From contig JASFHP010000001.1 of assembly GCA_050123155.1 (NCBI GenBank), positions 140,271 through 204,270 on the forward strand: DNA of 64,000 bases, read 5' to 3'. The stretch's first letter is position 1. Each line of letters begins with the position of its first letter. Below the pieces are notes generated by a model that saw nothing but the letters and a program-made list of their open reading frames with translations, had not been told where the DNA came from and did no database searches. Source of the DNA: Candidatus Bathyarchaeota archaeon. Lineage in GTDB: Archaea; Thermoproteota; Bathyarchaeia; Bathyarchaeales; Bathyarchaeaceae. The translations under genes were made by a program, and so were the position numbers. Positions 18,180-28,074 of this stretch are shown here, piece by piece.

Positions 18180-18632
18180 CTAGTCACTATCACCTAGTTG
18201 ACGTGCCCTTGTTTTTATCCAGTCTGTAACTTTGTTTTCTGTCATCTTCTCAGCTTGGCTCTGCTCTTCCAGTTTCTCTTTTATGAGCGCTAACAGTTTC
18301 TCTGGTTTAACGGGTTTTGTCACGTATGCGTCTGCTCCTTGGTTCAGGGCTTCCATGGCGTTCTCAAGACTAGGATAGCCTGTGACCATGATCTTCACCA
18401 TCTTCGGTGTGTTCTCATGCAATTTTGCTAGGAGTTGAGTGCCCTCCATGTCCGGCAGCTTGATGTCCAACAAAGCCAAGTTATAGAAGTTAGACCTTGT
18501 TTTATTTTCGGCTTCTTTTCCAGTCTGAGCTGTATCTGTTTCGTATCCTCTCTGCTGAAGTATGTTTGACATAGTTTTTCTTATGTTCTCGTCGTCTTCC
18601 ACAATGATGATTCTGAGTTTGCTTTCACTCAA
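18180..18632 (-). CDS. Stand-alone response regulator receiver (CheY-like)
   Basis: IIIVEDDE..., phospho-acceptor context LALLDIKLPDMEG, conserved Lys (VTKP). No output domain. Confidence 0.9.
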   Translation of the reverse strand: MSESKLRIIIVEDDENIRKTMSNILQQRGYETDTAQTGKEAENKTRSNFYNLALLDIKLPDMEGTQLLAKLHENTPKMVKIMVTGYPSLENAMEALNQGADAYVTKPVKPEKLLALIKEKLEEQSQAEKMTENKVTDWIKTRARQLGDSD

Positions 18633-20866
18633 GTTTTTCCACCTCCGTTCCTTTGGATAGGTAACTTAACCGTGAAAATCGAGCCTTCATCTTCTTCACT
18701 TTCTACTTCGATGTTGCCATCATGAAGCTCGATAAATCTCTTACATATCGGCAAACCCACACCCATTCCCTGAGCCTTTGTGGTGAAGAATGGAATGAAG
18801 ATTTTTGGCATGTTTTCTTTTTTTATGCCAGTACCTGTGTCTTGGAATTTAATCTCAATAAAACCGTTTGTTTCTTTGGTTGACACTTTCAGTATTCCTC
18901 GTTTCTCTTTCATTGCCTGTATTCCGTTAACAGCCAAGTTCACGAAAATCTGTCCCATCATATCCTTGTCAGCCTCTATTTTCGGGAGTTCACCTAACTC
19001 TATGATGGTTTCCACGTTTTCTGGTGTTTTGACATGCGAAAACGTCTCTTTAACTAGCGTGTTGATGTCTATCTTCTTGAATAACGGTTCTCTTTTTGAC
19101 GCAAAACTCTGCAGGTCCTTCACTATATTATCAGCATATTCAACTGAACCATGAATAGCCTGGAGTGTTTCCTTGATGTTTTGAGAATTTGGACGTTTTG
19201 ACAATTCAGTGTTGATGTAGTATATTCCGTTTTCTATGGCTTGCAAGGGGTTTCTGAGGTCATGCCCCACCATTGTTGCTGCTTGTCCGATCGCGGCCAA
19301 TCTTTCGGTTTTGAGAAACCGCTCCTGTGACTGCTTCAAAGCTTCAGTCCTTTCCTCCACTAACTCTTCTAATTGCTCAGAATAGCGCCTCAGCTCATTT
19401 TCCATACGTTTGCGTTCGGTGATGTCATTAGTTATAGTCACAAAACCTGTGGGATTACCTGAATGGTCTTTAATTGCACTTGTAGAGAATTCTGCAGGGA
19501 ATTCATAACCTTCTTTATTCACGGCAGCGTATTCTACATTTATTAATGGATCCCCCTTGAGAACGTTCTTCATGCTTTTCTTCACTTTTTGCTGGTCTTT
19601 TTTTGCAATGAATAGTGAACTATTTTTGCCGATTATTTCATCCTTTTTTGAAAACCCAAGAAAATCTAAGGTTGCTTGGTTGCATTCAACTATGTTCCCC
19701 TTTAGGTCGGAAACTGCGATAGCGTCTGGAGACGAATTAAATATGCTTAGGAGTTTTTCTTCATTTTCTTTCAAAGTCTTGGTTCGCTCTTTCACTTTTT
19801 CCTCTAGTTGCTCAGCATATTTCTCAAGTCTCTCTTCCATCATTTTCCTTTCGGTGATGTCGTGGAATACAACTAAATCTGCACTTTTGTCTTCATATTC
19901 AATTTTCTGTGCATTCAAAGCAACATGTAGTGTTCCACCACTTTTTTTGTTCACTTCTATTTCATATGGTTTAACCGTAACTCCCATCATTCTCTTGGCT
20001 AGATTCTGAAGTAGAATCGCTTTGCTTTTCGCTGGGACAATATCTGTTTTTACGAAGTTTTTTCCAAGTAACTCTTCTTTACTGAACCCCGTTAATTCGG
20101 CTGCCTTGTCGTTGATTTCCAAAAAATGACCTTTGTGATCAACAATCACCACAGGATCGGCGATGACATTCACCAGAGATTTAAAGTTATACTTGGCCCT
20201 CGTTAGTTGGTCCCGTGAGATTTCAAGCTCTTGCTTGGTCTTTTCATACTCTTTTTCAAGAGCAAAGAAAGCAGCGGCGTCACTTCCCTCGCTTTCTCTT
20301 GCGGTTACGAAAACGAGAGCTAGGAATATGTGGGCACACGTATAAGCAAAAACGACAAACTCTATTCCTGAATTCACTATGCCCTTAACTTCTGCTAAAG
20401 TGAAGCATATCATGGCAAGCAAAAACATGAGGTCTGGAACCTTTCTTCTACTCCAGATCAAGTAACCTGACGCGACAATGGTGACCGCTGATATAACTGG
20501 GTATAAGAGTGCGGGTTGAGGGCTCACAGGAAGTGGAAGAAGCATCATGACTGCGGATGTAGTTAAGATGAGGAGAAAAATTTTGAATGGTTTCCTGAAA
20601 TCTTTCTGCCTCAAAAGATTGGAGAGAACCGCAATCAAGATAGCTGATATTACTGGCAGAGGACCCCACTCAGCTATTCTACTCTGAATCTGGATGTCTT
20701 CAAATCCGGAAATCATAGCCGGTATACGTATGAAAAAGCTATAAATAAAAACGAGTAGGAACATTAGTTTGCGTTTATCTATATCTCGCTGAATCATGTA
20801 GCTGAAGAACAATGCAAAAAGTAATGAAAGAAAGGATAAGTAGGTTCCCAATAGTGCGGAGTCCAA
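18629..20866 (-). CDS. Membrane sensor histidine kinase with two PAS domains
   Basis: About 6 N-terminal TM segments, two PAS-like modules, H-box HDLRNPL, and the HATPase motifs DTGTGI and GMGVGLPICKRFIELHDG. 4-nt overlap with the receiver gene. Confidence 0.9.
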   Translation of the reverse strand: MDSALLGTYLSFLSLLFALFFSYMIQRDIDKRKLMFLLVFIYSFFIRIPAMISGFEDIQIQSRIAEWGPLPVISAILIAVLSNLLRQKDFRKPFKIFLLILTTSAVMMLLPLPVSPQPALLYPVISAVTIVASGYLIWSRRKVPDLMFLLAMICFTLAEVKGIVNSGIEFVVFAYTCAHIFLALVFVTARESEGSDAAAFFALEKEYEKTKQELEISRDQLTRAKYNFKSLVNVIADPVVIVDHKGHFLEINDKAAELTGFSKEELLGKNFVKTDIVPAKSKAILLQNLAKRMMGVTVKPYEIEVNKKSGGTLHVALNAQKIEYEDKSADLVVFHDITERKMMEERLEKYAEQLEEKVKERTKTLKENEEKLLSIFNSSPDAIAVSDLKGNIVECNQATLDFLGFSKKDEIIGKNSSLFIAKKDQQKVKKSMKNVLKGDPLINVEYAAVNKEGYEFPAEFSTSAIKDHSGNPTGFVTITNDITERKRMENELRRYSEQLEELVEERTEALKQSQERFLKTERLAAIGQAATMVGHDLRNPLQAIENGIYYINTELSKRPNSQNIKETLQAIHGSVEYADNIVKDLQSFASKREPLFKKIDINTLVKETFSHVKTPENVETIIELGELPKIEADKDMMGQIFVNLAVNGIQAMKEKRGILKVSTKETNGFIEIKFQDTGTGIKKENMPKIFIPFFTTKAQGMGVGLPICKRFIELHDGNIEVESEEDEGSIFTVKLPIQRNGGGKT

Positions 20867-20870
20867 TCAT

Positions 20871-21440
20871 TCACTCCTCCCTCAGTTCCCTTATGTAGTC
20901 CAGAAATTCGTAGCCTTTTTTTTCCTCAAATTTTAACCCCAGCCTACGATACAGTTTCTTGAGAATCAGTTTCTTTATCACATGCGCTGCTGAAACCATA
21001 AGCGTCTCTAAAGTAGCAGAAAAGACATCGGGTTTGTCAGCAAGCTCTTCTAACTTCAAACATGCGTGGTTCTCCAAAAACTCATAGATGACCTTGGCGC
21101 CATCTTCTTTGAAAATCTGTTTTAGCGTTTCATCTACAGCTTCAGCAAAGTAATTGTTCAAGTCTTTCCTTTTTTCAACTACGTCAAGTCTGTTAGACAC
21201 TTTGGTTGACTTCCACCGCTCACCCTTCTTGTCTAACAGATGTTTTTTGAGTTTTGCATTTAAATCATATGAAAGTGAAATATGTATTGCTGTTAATAGC
21301 CTATTCGTATTCAGAATCAAAATAAAAAATGCAAAAAGTTCTATCCCTGCTTCAAGCCCCCACTCACAACTGCATATTAATGAACAGAACCCAGAAACAT
21401 GTCTAAACCAGAATTTTAGGAAAAAACAACCCAAAATCAT
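20871..21440 (-). CDS. Hypothetical protein upstream of the kinase (start uncertain)
   Basis: The C-terminal ~110 aa look like a real soluble domain (VIYEFLENH...PDVFSATLETL). The N-terminal ~60 aa are odd and Cys/Phe-rich, and the ATG abuts the tRNA-like repeat. Confidence 0.45.
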   Translation of the reverse strand: MILGCFFLKFWFRHVSGFCSLICSCEWGLEAGIELFAFFILILNTNRLLTAIHISLSYDLNAKLKKHLLDKKGERWKSTKVSNRLDVVEKRKDLNNYFAEAVDETLKQIFKEDGAKVIYEFLENHACLKLEELADKPDVFSATLETLMVSAAHVIKKLILKKLYRRLGLKFEEKKGYEFLDYIRELREE

Positions 21441-21474
21441 TGTTAATTGGTAGTGGGGAGTTGATTTGGACAGC
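21441..21474 (-). repeat. Partial copy of the initiator tRNA-Met 3' end (att-like direct repeat)
   Basis: tgttaattggtagtggggagttgatttggacagc matches 24643-24676 at 30 of 34 positions in the same orientation. It covers 7 nt beyond the tRNA 3' end plus CCA, the acceptor 3' strand and part of the T arm. Confidence 0.8.
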
Positions 21475-21550
21475 TATGTTTGAAATAGTTTTTATTAGAG
21501 CACAATCTATCTTTCATTCCATTAATCGTTAATGAGCGAGATGACCCACT

Positions 21551-23026
21551 GTGAGCGGCGAAAGTGAAGTATTGGTGATTGGGGCTGGTGTGATTGGCTG
21601 TGCTATCGCAAGAGAACTAGCAAAGTTCAAAATTGAAACAGTGCTGTTGGAGAAGGATACCGATGTGGGTTCCGGTGTTAGCAAAGGTAACAGTGGAGTC
21701 CTTCATACTGGTCTCTACTATCCGAAAGGGAGTTTGAAGGCCAAACTATGTGTTGAAGGGCGACTGATGTTTCCACAGTTGGCGAAGCAACTGGATGTAC
21801 CCTACAGACTCTGTGGAAAACATGTGATTGCTAGAACAGAAGAGGAACTCGAAGACTTGGAGGGCCTAAAGGCTGTGGGGGACGGGAATGGAGTTCAGGG
21901 CTTAACCATAATCTCTGGGAAAGAACTGAAAAGGCGAGAACCACACTTGGACGCTCTCTACGCTTTACATTCTCCTGTAGCTGGAATCCTTCCACCCTAT
22001 CTTTTCACCATTGCATTAGCTGAGAATGCCTTAAACAATGGTGTGAAAATTCACGTCAACACCAAAGTATTAGAGATAAAGCAAGTAAACAGCGGTTATG
22101 AAGTAACAACAACTCAGGGAGTCTTCTACGCTGACATCATTGTTAACAGTGCAGGTCTCTACGCAGATAGAATCTCTGCTATGATGGGTTTAGATGATTA
22201 CAAGCTCTATCCATGCCGGGGTGAATATCTTATCCTCGACAAGAACTGCAGTGACTTAATCAGCAGCATGGTTTACCCAGTGCCACCAAAAGTTGCAGGG
22301 GTTCTGGGTGTTCATCTCACGCCCACAATAGATGGAAACATATTGATTGGACCTAGCGCTGAATTCATCAACAAGCGAGAAGACTCGAGAACAACCAAAG
22401 AAAAGATTCGGCAACTAATGGAGGGGGCGAAGAGTTTACTTCCATCCATCCCCTTAAACGAGATTATATACGGTTTCTCTGCAGTGAGATCAAAAATTAC
22501 TCCACCAGAAGAGAAGGAGTCTCGTGACTTCATCATCCGAGAAGATCTTGAAAACTTCATCAACTTGATTGGAATGGAATCGCCTGGTCTCACAGCCTCT
22601 CCAGCCATCGCAAAATTGGTCGTTCAAATGATTAAAAGAAAAATGGATGCGGAAGAAAAATCAGACTTTAATCCTATCCGAAAACGAACAGCCTCTTTTA
22701 GTGAAGCATCAAGAACAGAGCAAGCTTCTTTGATTGAATCTGACCCAGCATACGGCGAAATTGTATGTAGGTGTGAACATGTATCCAAACGGGAAGTCCT
22801 AGACGCATTGGACAACCCCTTTTCAGCAAAAACAACATCCGCCGTAAAATACCGCACCAGAGCCGGTATGGGTCGATGCCACGGAGGTTTCTGCTTACCC
22901 AAAATTGTGGAAATCCTAAAAGAAGAATATGGGGTACCCCCTGAAGAAATTAATTTGAAAAATTTGGATTCGCCTCTGTTTGTCGGAACAACCAAAGGTC
23001 TAAGGGAGAAAGAGAAAAGTGAATGA
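21551..23026 (+). CDS. FAD-dependent oxidoreductase (GlpA / glycerol-3-phosphate dehydrogenase-like) with BFD-like [2Fe-2S] domain
   Basis: GAGVIGCAIARELA dinucleotide fold. C-terminal CRCEHVSKREV...GMGRCHGGFC. GTG start. Confidence 0.85.
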   Translation: MSGESEVLVIGAGVIGCAIARELAKFKIETVLLEKDTDVGSGVSKGNSGVLHTGLYYPKGSLKAKLCVEGRLMFPQLAKQLDVPYRLCGKHVIARTEEELEDLEGLKAVGDGNGVQGLTIISGKELKRREPHLDALYALHSPVAGILPPYLFTIALAENALNNGVKIHVNTKVLEIKQVNSGYEVTTTQGVFYADIIVNSAGLYADRISAMMGLDDYKLYPCRGEYLILDKNCSDLISSMVYPVPPKVAGVLGVHLTPTIDGNILIGPSAEFINKREDSRTTKEKIRQLMEGAKSLLPSIPLNEIIYGFSAVRSKITPPEEKESRDFIIREDLENFINLIGMESPGLTASPAIAKLVVQMIKRKMDAEEKSDFNPIRKRTASFSEASRTEQASLIESDPAYGEIVCRCEHVSKREVLDALDNPFSAKTTSAVKYRTRAGMGRCHGGFCLPKIVEILKEEYGVPPEEINLKNLDSPLFVGTTKGLREKEKSE

Positions 23027-24272
23027 GTTCACATCTCGAGATGTTGATCTGGTTGTAATTGGCGGTGGTCCAGCAGGACTCGCCGCAGCCATCAGCGCAA
23101 AGAAAAACGGCGTTCAAGATTTGGTCATTGTAGAAAGGAACAATTGGCTCGGCGGCATCCTCCCACAGTGTATACACGATGGCTTTGGTCTTGAACTTTT
23201 TCAAGAACCATTAACTGGTCCAGAATACGCTCAACGCTATATCGATGAAATGAAGGAACTAGAAATCCCGTATATGCTTAATAGCATGGTGCTCGAGGTC
23301 ACACCTGAAAAAGAGGTGTTTGTAGCTAGCCCGAAGGGTCTTTTCTGTTTCCACACCAAAGCGATAATCCTCGCCATGGGTTGCCGTGAACGGACACGAG
23401 GGCAGATTTGCATTCCAGGGACTCGACCTGCTGGGGTGTATACTGCAGGGGTCGCTCAGAACCTCATTAACCTGAAGAATGTGATGGTTGGCAAAGACGT
23501 AGTTATTCTCGGTTCGGGGGACATAGGTCTGATTATGGCTCGTCGACTTACTCTTGAAGGTGCTAAAGTTCACGCCGTAGTTGAGATTCTTCCTCACAAC
23601 AGTGGTCTACCACGAAACATTCAGCAGTGCCTAATTGACTATGAAATTCCTCTCCTTCTCTCTCACACAGTCACTGAAATCCATGGGCGGAATCGAGTTG
23701 AATCAGTCACCATCTCTCCAGTAAACGAGAATTTTGAGCCAATCAAAGGAGAAGAAAAGAGAGTTACCTGTGATACTCTCCTCCTCTCTATAGGCCTAAT
23801 CCCAGAAAACGAACTGTCAAAAACTTGCGGTGTTGAACTCAGCTCAGTTACTGGGGGAGCCATCGTCAATGAAAATCTTGAAACATCTGTGCCCGGAGTT
23901 TTTGCGTGTGGAAACGCTCTCCATGTTCACGATGTCGTGGACTTCGTTACTCTCGAAGCGGAAAGAGCAGGTAAAAGCGCGGCAGAATATATCCTCGGAA
24001 AGCAACGAAGGGTGGAAAGAATCTGTGTAGAGGCAGGTAAAGGAATACGATATGTTTTACCCCACAACATCCCCCGTGACACTGACCTTGAACTGTCGAT
24101 TCGTGTGACATGTCCTGGAGAAGGTGTATCTATTGGATTCTTTGATGGAGAAAAGCTGGTGAAGACTAAAAAGTTTGTGAAGGTTCATCCAGCTGAAATG
24201 ATAAAGATAAAACTCAAGGGAAGCGAAACCCGAACTGTTAACTCATTGAAGGCTGAGGTTTTACAGAAATGA
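23019..24272 (+). CDS. FAD/NAD(P)-binding pyridine nucleotide-disulfide oxidoreductase family protein
   Basis: VVIGGGPAGLAAA and ILGSGDIGLIMA Rossmann motifs. Overlaps the upstream gene by 8 nt. Confidence 0.85.
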   Translation: MNEFTSRDVDLVVIGGGPAGLAAAISAKKNGVQDLVIVERNNWLGGILPQCIHDGFGLELFQEPLTGPEYAQRYIDEMKELEIPYMLNSMVLEVTPEKEVFVASPKGLFCFHTKAIILAMGCRERTRGQICIPGTRPAGVYTAGVAQNLINLKNVMVGKDVVILGSGDIGLIMARRLTLEGAKVHAVVEILPHNSGLPRNIQQCLIDYEIPLLLSHTVTEIHGRNRVESVTISPVNENFEPIKGEEKRVTCDTLLLSIGLIPENELSKTCGVELSSVTGGAIVNENLETSVPGVFACGNALHVHDVVDFVTLEAERAGKSAAEYILGKQRRVERICVEAGKGIRYVLPHNIPRDTDLELSIRVTCPGEGVSIGFFDGEKLVKTKKFVKVHPAEMIKIKLKGSETRTVNSLKAEVLQK

Positions 24273-24634
24273 AGAAAGAGATGATATGTATCGGCTGTCC
24301 TCTGGGTTGTTTCCTCAGTGTTGAATACGTCGGAAAAACAATACAAAGCGTTAATGGAAATAGGTGCAAAGTCGGATTAGAGTATGCTGAAAAAGAGTGT
24401 TTCAATCCTGAGAGAACACTGACAACCACGGTGAGGGTTAAAAACGGTCATCTTCCTCTAGTGAGCGTGAGAACCAACAAGCCAATACCCAAAAACAGAA
24501 TCTTCGACGCTATGACCTTACTGGCAAAAGTTGAGGTAGAAGCGCCAGTCAGAATTGGAGAGGAAATCGTTCAAAACATCTTCGATACAAACGTGAGTAT
24601 AGTAGCTACAAAGAACATCTTGAAAAAAGACTAA
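24269..24634 (+). CDS. DUF1667-type small Cys protein (third subunit of the oxidoreductase cluster)
   Basis: MICIGCPLGC start is typical of DUF1667. ATGA overlap with the upstream gene. Confidence 0.8.
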   Translation: MKKEMICIGCPLGCFLSVEYVGKTIQSVNGNRCKVGLEYAEKECFNPERTLTTTVRVKNGHLPLVSVRTNKPIPKNRIFDAMTLLAKVEVEAPVRIGEEIVQNIFDTNVSIVATKNILKKD

Positions 24635-24649
24635 GAAGCTAGTGTTAGT

Positions 24650-24727
24650 TGGTAGCGGGGAGTTGATTTGAACAACCGATCTCTGGGTTATGAGCCCAGC
24701 GGGTTCACCTGGCTACCCCACCCCGCT
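24650..24727 (-). tRNA. Initiator tRNA-Met (CAU), CCA encoded
   Basis: Cloverleaf by hand: AGCGGGG/CCCCGCT acceptor with A1:U72, anticodon loop CTCATAA, three G:C pairs closing the anticodon stem (GGG/CCC), T loop TTCAAAT. Confidence 0.9.
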
Positions 24728-24909
24728 ACGTTCGGGCTAAAAACTTGTTGCCAGAATCATTTCTAGCCCGATGTGATACCATTGTTGCACTCTTTCTTAA
24801 GCTTTGTTGCGTAGGTTTGCCTCAACCCTGCCTATAACGCCGTTATAGATAAATATGGGGGAAACTATTTTAGTTATATGTGATTTTTTGGTCTGCTGGA
24901 GGTTCACAA

Positions 24910-25152
24910 TTGGGTGACAAGATTAAGCCTAACCGCGAACTTGACTGCGTGGGGCTTTACTGCCCTGAACCCGTGTTTAGAACCCGCCAAGAGATCGACA
25001 AACTGGTTGTAGGCGAAATTCTCGAGGTAGTTGCGGACGATCCGGCTGCTGAGGAGGACATACCGCGTCTGGTTAAGAGGCTTGAGCAGCAACTCGTCGA
25101 AATGCGCAAAGAAAACGACCAGTTTCATTTTGTCATCAAAAAAACAAAATAG
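24910..25152 (+). CDS. TusA/SirA-like sulfurtransferase
   Basis: LDCVGLYCPEPV (CPxP active-site motif). TTG at 24910 preceded by GGAGGT. The track's GTG at 24880 is an alternative start. Confidence 0.8.
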   Translation: MGDKIKPNRELDCVGLYCPEPVFRTRQEIDKLVVGEILEVVADDPAAEEDIPRLVKRLEQQLVEMRKENDQFHFVIKKTK

Positions 25153-25183
25153 GATGTAATTTTAGCAGTTGCGAAAAGTGTAT

Positions 25184-26344
25184 ATGGATCACGGGGCTGG
25201 GATGCTGTTAGACTCCAGGGTATTCGAAGCCATGAAGCCGTATTTCTTGGAGAACTATGGGAATCCTTCATCGTCCCATTCTTTTGGAAACGTCGGCAGA
25301 AACGCTATGGAATCTGCAAGAGAGAAGGTTGCTCAGTTGGTGGGTGCGGAGAAGCCTCAAGGGGTCATCTTCACTTCAGGGGGCACAGAATCTAACAATC
25401 TGGCGATAAAAGGGGCTGCTTACCGTAACAGGAAAAAAGGAAATCACATCATAACCACCGCCATCGAGCACATATCCGTTATAAATATCTGCAAGTTTCT
25501 TCAGAAGCAGGGCTTTGAAGTAACTTACGTTCCCGTGGACAAACAGGGAATGGTTGACCTCGAAAAACTTGAAGAGGCAATAAACGACAAAACGATCCTC
25601 ATCTCAGTTATGTATGCGAATGGTGAGATTGGAACAGTTCAGCCGATAAGGGAAATCGGGAAGTTAGCCCAAGAGCGCAGCATCGGTTTTCATGTGGACG
25701 CCGTGGCTGCGGCGGGGCAGGTTCCAATCAACGTTAAAGACGAAAACATTGACCTCTTATCCATCTCTTCCAACGACATGTATGGACCCAAGGGTGTAGG
25801 CGCTCTTTACATAAAGTCGGGAACAAAAATTCAGCCAATCAATCAGGGTGGGGGACAAGAGAGAGGGTTACGGTCAGGCACAGAAAACGTTCCGGGCATA
25901 GTTGGCATGGGCAAAGCAGCTGAGGTCGCAAAGATGGAGATGGAGGCTGAGGGCAAACGGTTGACAGCCTTAAGGGACAAGCTGATTAAGGGCGTTCTGG
26001 ATAAGATTGATTATTCTTTCTTGAATGGTCACCCAACCAAGAGGCTTCCAGACAACGCAAATCTTAGGTTCAGTTATATAGAAGGTGAGTCTCTCATTTT
26101 AGGTCTGGACATGTATGGAGTTCAGGTGTCCTCGGGCTCTGCGTGCACTTCCAAAACCTTGGAGCCCTCTCATGTGCTGTTGGCTATAGGCCTAGCTCAC
26201 GAAGAGGCTCATGGGTCACTGGTCTTCACCTTGGGCAAACAGAACTCTGAAGAGGATGTGGATTACGTGCTAGAAGTGTTACCGGATGTGGTGAAACGAT
26301 TGCGGGCTCTTTCGCCCTTAACCCCTAAGGAAATGGTGAGGTGA
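25184..26344 (+). CDS. iscS: IscS/NifS-family cysteine desulfurase homolog lacking the PLP lysine
   Basis: Class V aminotransferase blocks and the active-site Cys loop SSGSACTS are present. The SGHK(I)YGPKG position reads SSNDMYGPKG. Confidence 0.85.
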   Translation: MDHGAGMLLDSRVFEAMKPYFLENYGNPSSSHSFGNVGRNAMESAREKVAQLVGAEKPQGVIFTSGGTESNNLAIKGAAYRNRKKGNHIITTAIEHISVINICKFLQKQGFEVTYVPVDKQGMVDLEKLEEAINDKTILISVMYANGEIGTVQPIREIGKLAQERSIGFHVDAVAAAGQVPINVKDENIDLLSISSNDMYGPKGVGALYIKSGTKIQPINQGGGQERGLRSGTENVPGIVGMGKAAEVAKMEMEAEGKRLTALRDKLIKGVLDKIDYSFLNGHPTKRLPDNANLRFSYIEGESLILGLDMYGVQVSSGSACTSKTLEPSHVLLAIGLAHEEAHGSLVFTLGKQNSEEDVDYVLEVLPDVVKRLRALSPLTPKEMVR

Positions 26345-26350
26345 ACGCGA

Positions 26351-26728
26351 GTGTATAGTGAAAAGGTTATGGATCATTTTATGCATCCCAGAAATGTAGG
26401 TGAGATTCCGGACGCGGATGGTGTTGGAACCGTGGGTAATCCCGTTTGTGGAGACCTCATGACCATGTACATCAAAGTGAAAGACAACAGGCTGGCGGAT
26501 ATCAAGTTCAAGACTTTTGGCTGCGGAGCAGCCATAGCCACGAGCAGCATGACCACTGAGCTTGCAATGGGCAAAACTCTTGAAGATGCAATGAAGATCA
26601 CCCGGGCTGACGTAGCCGAGAACCTTGGAGGTCTTCCCCCCATTAAGATGCATTGCTCCAACTTAGCTGCAGATGCGCTACATGAAGCCATAAAAGACTA
26701 CCAGAAAAAGAAAGAAAAGAAAGGGTAA
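26351..26728 (+). CDS. iscU: Fe-S cluster scaffold IscU/NifU-like
   Basis: GNPVCGD, FGCGAAIA and HCSNLA cluster-ligand motifs. Confidence 0.9.
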   Translation: MYSEKVMDHFMHPRNVGEIPDADGVGTVGNPVCGDLMTMYIKVKDNRLADIKFKTFGCGAAIATSSMTTELAMGKTLEDAMKITRADVAENLGGLPPIKMHCSNLAADALHEAIKDYQKKKEKKG

Positions 26729-26814
26729 GCAGGCACTGTTTGTTCTAAGTTGCCACATTTTTTCTGTGGTGGGCAGAAAGAGACTGTTCTGTTCAGGCTC
26801 ATAAGAACGCTGTG

Positions 26815-28074
26815 TTAGCTTTGGATTATTCCGTATCCTATGAGGCGCCAGCGGTTCGCTATTTTTCTGCTTATGGCTGCTCTGGAGCCTTCTTCGGCGC
26901 AGACGGGTCTAACCAACTGGAGGGTGACAACTCCTTTCTTTGCAGCCTCAACCTTTCCGACGGTTATAGCTGTTCCAACGTCGAGGAGGAGACGTTCCCC
27001 CTTTATTATCTGATCAACCTGCACCAGCTCTTTGGTTCCGATAGCCCGTTTCAGGAGCGTAGTGCCCAAGACAAGTTCAGATTTGGTTGGAGGAAGCAGA
27101 TCCGGTTTTCCTACCAGATTTCCTGTTAGACCATCCGCCTTGGTTAGCGACGGGTCCAAATAGGTTCCTATGCCCACCAAGCCTCCGCTCTGGGCTTCTT
27201 TAACTTTTTTTCCTCCTACATTCAGGCTTGTAATCTCCGTGAAGATGGATTCGTAAAATGTTCTTCCCTGTTTTTCAACTTTGAGTCCGGGGCGAATCTC
27301 AATTTCGTCTCCAACCTTGAATCTTCCCTGTGAGATGCTTCCGCCGACAACTCCTCCAGCTAGTTCATCAATCGAGGTGCCGGGTTTGTTCACGTCAAAA
27401 GAGCGGAGAACAAACATCCTAGGCGGCTTATCTGGGTCCCGATGGGGCGTGGGAATGTTCTTCTCTATGGCTTGAAGAACAACGTCAATGTTCACCGAAT
27501 GCTGGGCTGAGACAGGAATAATGGGTTTTCCCTCTGCCACGGTTCCCTTCACAAAAGCCTCTATTTCCTTGTAGCTCTCTAAGGCTCGCTTCTCGTCAAC
27601 AATGTCGATTTTGTTCTGTACAATGATTATGTTCTTTACTCCAGCCAGTTCAATGGCTGCCAGATGTTCCCGCGTTTGGGGCTGCGGGCACTTCTCGTTG
27701 GCAGCAATTATCAGTAATGCCCCGTCCATAACTGCTGCTCCAGAAAGCATAGTCGCCATTAACGCTTCGTGACCTGGAGCATCAACGAAACTGACAGCTC
27801 TGACAATCTCGCATTCAGAGCCGCAGTTGGGGCATTCAGGATCGGAGGAGTAGCATTGGGGTTCTTCGCAGTTTGGGCACTTGAATACTGGAGCGTCTGC
27901 GTAACCGAGTTTTATGGTTATGCCTCGTCTCAGTTCTTCGCTGTGTTTTGCTGCCCAAACTCCTGTTAACGCCTCCACTAGGGTTGTTTTTCCATGGTCT
28001 ACATGACCGATGGTTCCTATGTTAACTTCTGGTTGCTGAGGAAGTGATGACTGTTTCTTTCGTTTTGGTGACAT
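26815..28074 (-). CDS. eif2g: Translation initiation factor aIF2 gamma subunit
   Basis: GHVDHGKTTL G1 motif, DAPGH, NKID, and zinc knuckle CPNC...CPNCG. Confidence 0.95.
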   Translation of the reverse strand: MSPKRKKQSSLPQQPEVNIGTIGHVDHGKTTLVEALTGVWAAKHSEELRRGITIKLGYADAPVFKCPNCEEPQCYSSDPECPNCGSECEIVRAVSFVDAPGHEALMATMLSGAAVMDGALLIIAANEKCPQPQTREHLAAIELAGVKNIIIVQNKIDIVDEKRALESYKEIEAFVKGTVAEGKPIIPVSAQHSVNIDVVLQAIEKNIPTPHRDPDKPPRMFVLRSFDVNKPGTSIDELAGGVVGGSISQGRFKVGDEIEIRPGLKVEKQGRTFYESIFTEITSLNVGGKKVKEAQSGGLVGIGTYLDPSLTKADGLTGNLVGKPDLLPPTKSELVLGTTLLKRAIGTKELVQVDQIIKGERLLLDVGTAITVGKVEAAKKGVVTLQLVRPVCAEEGSRAAISRKIANRWRLIGYGIIQS

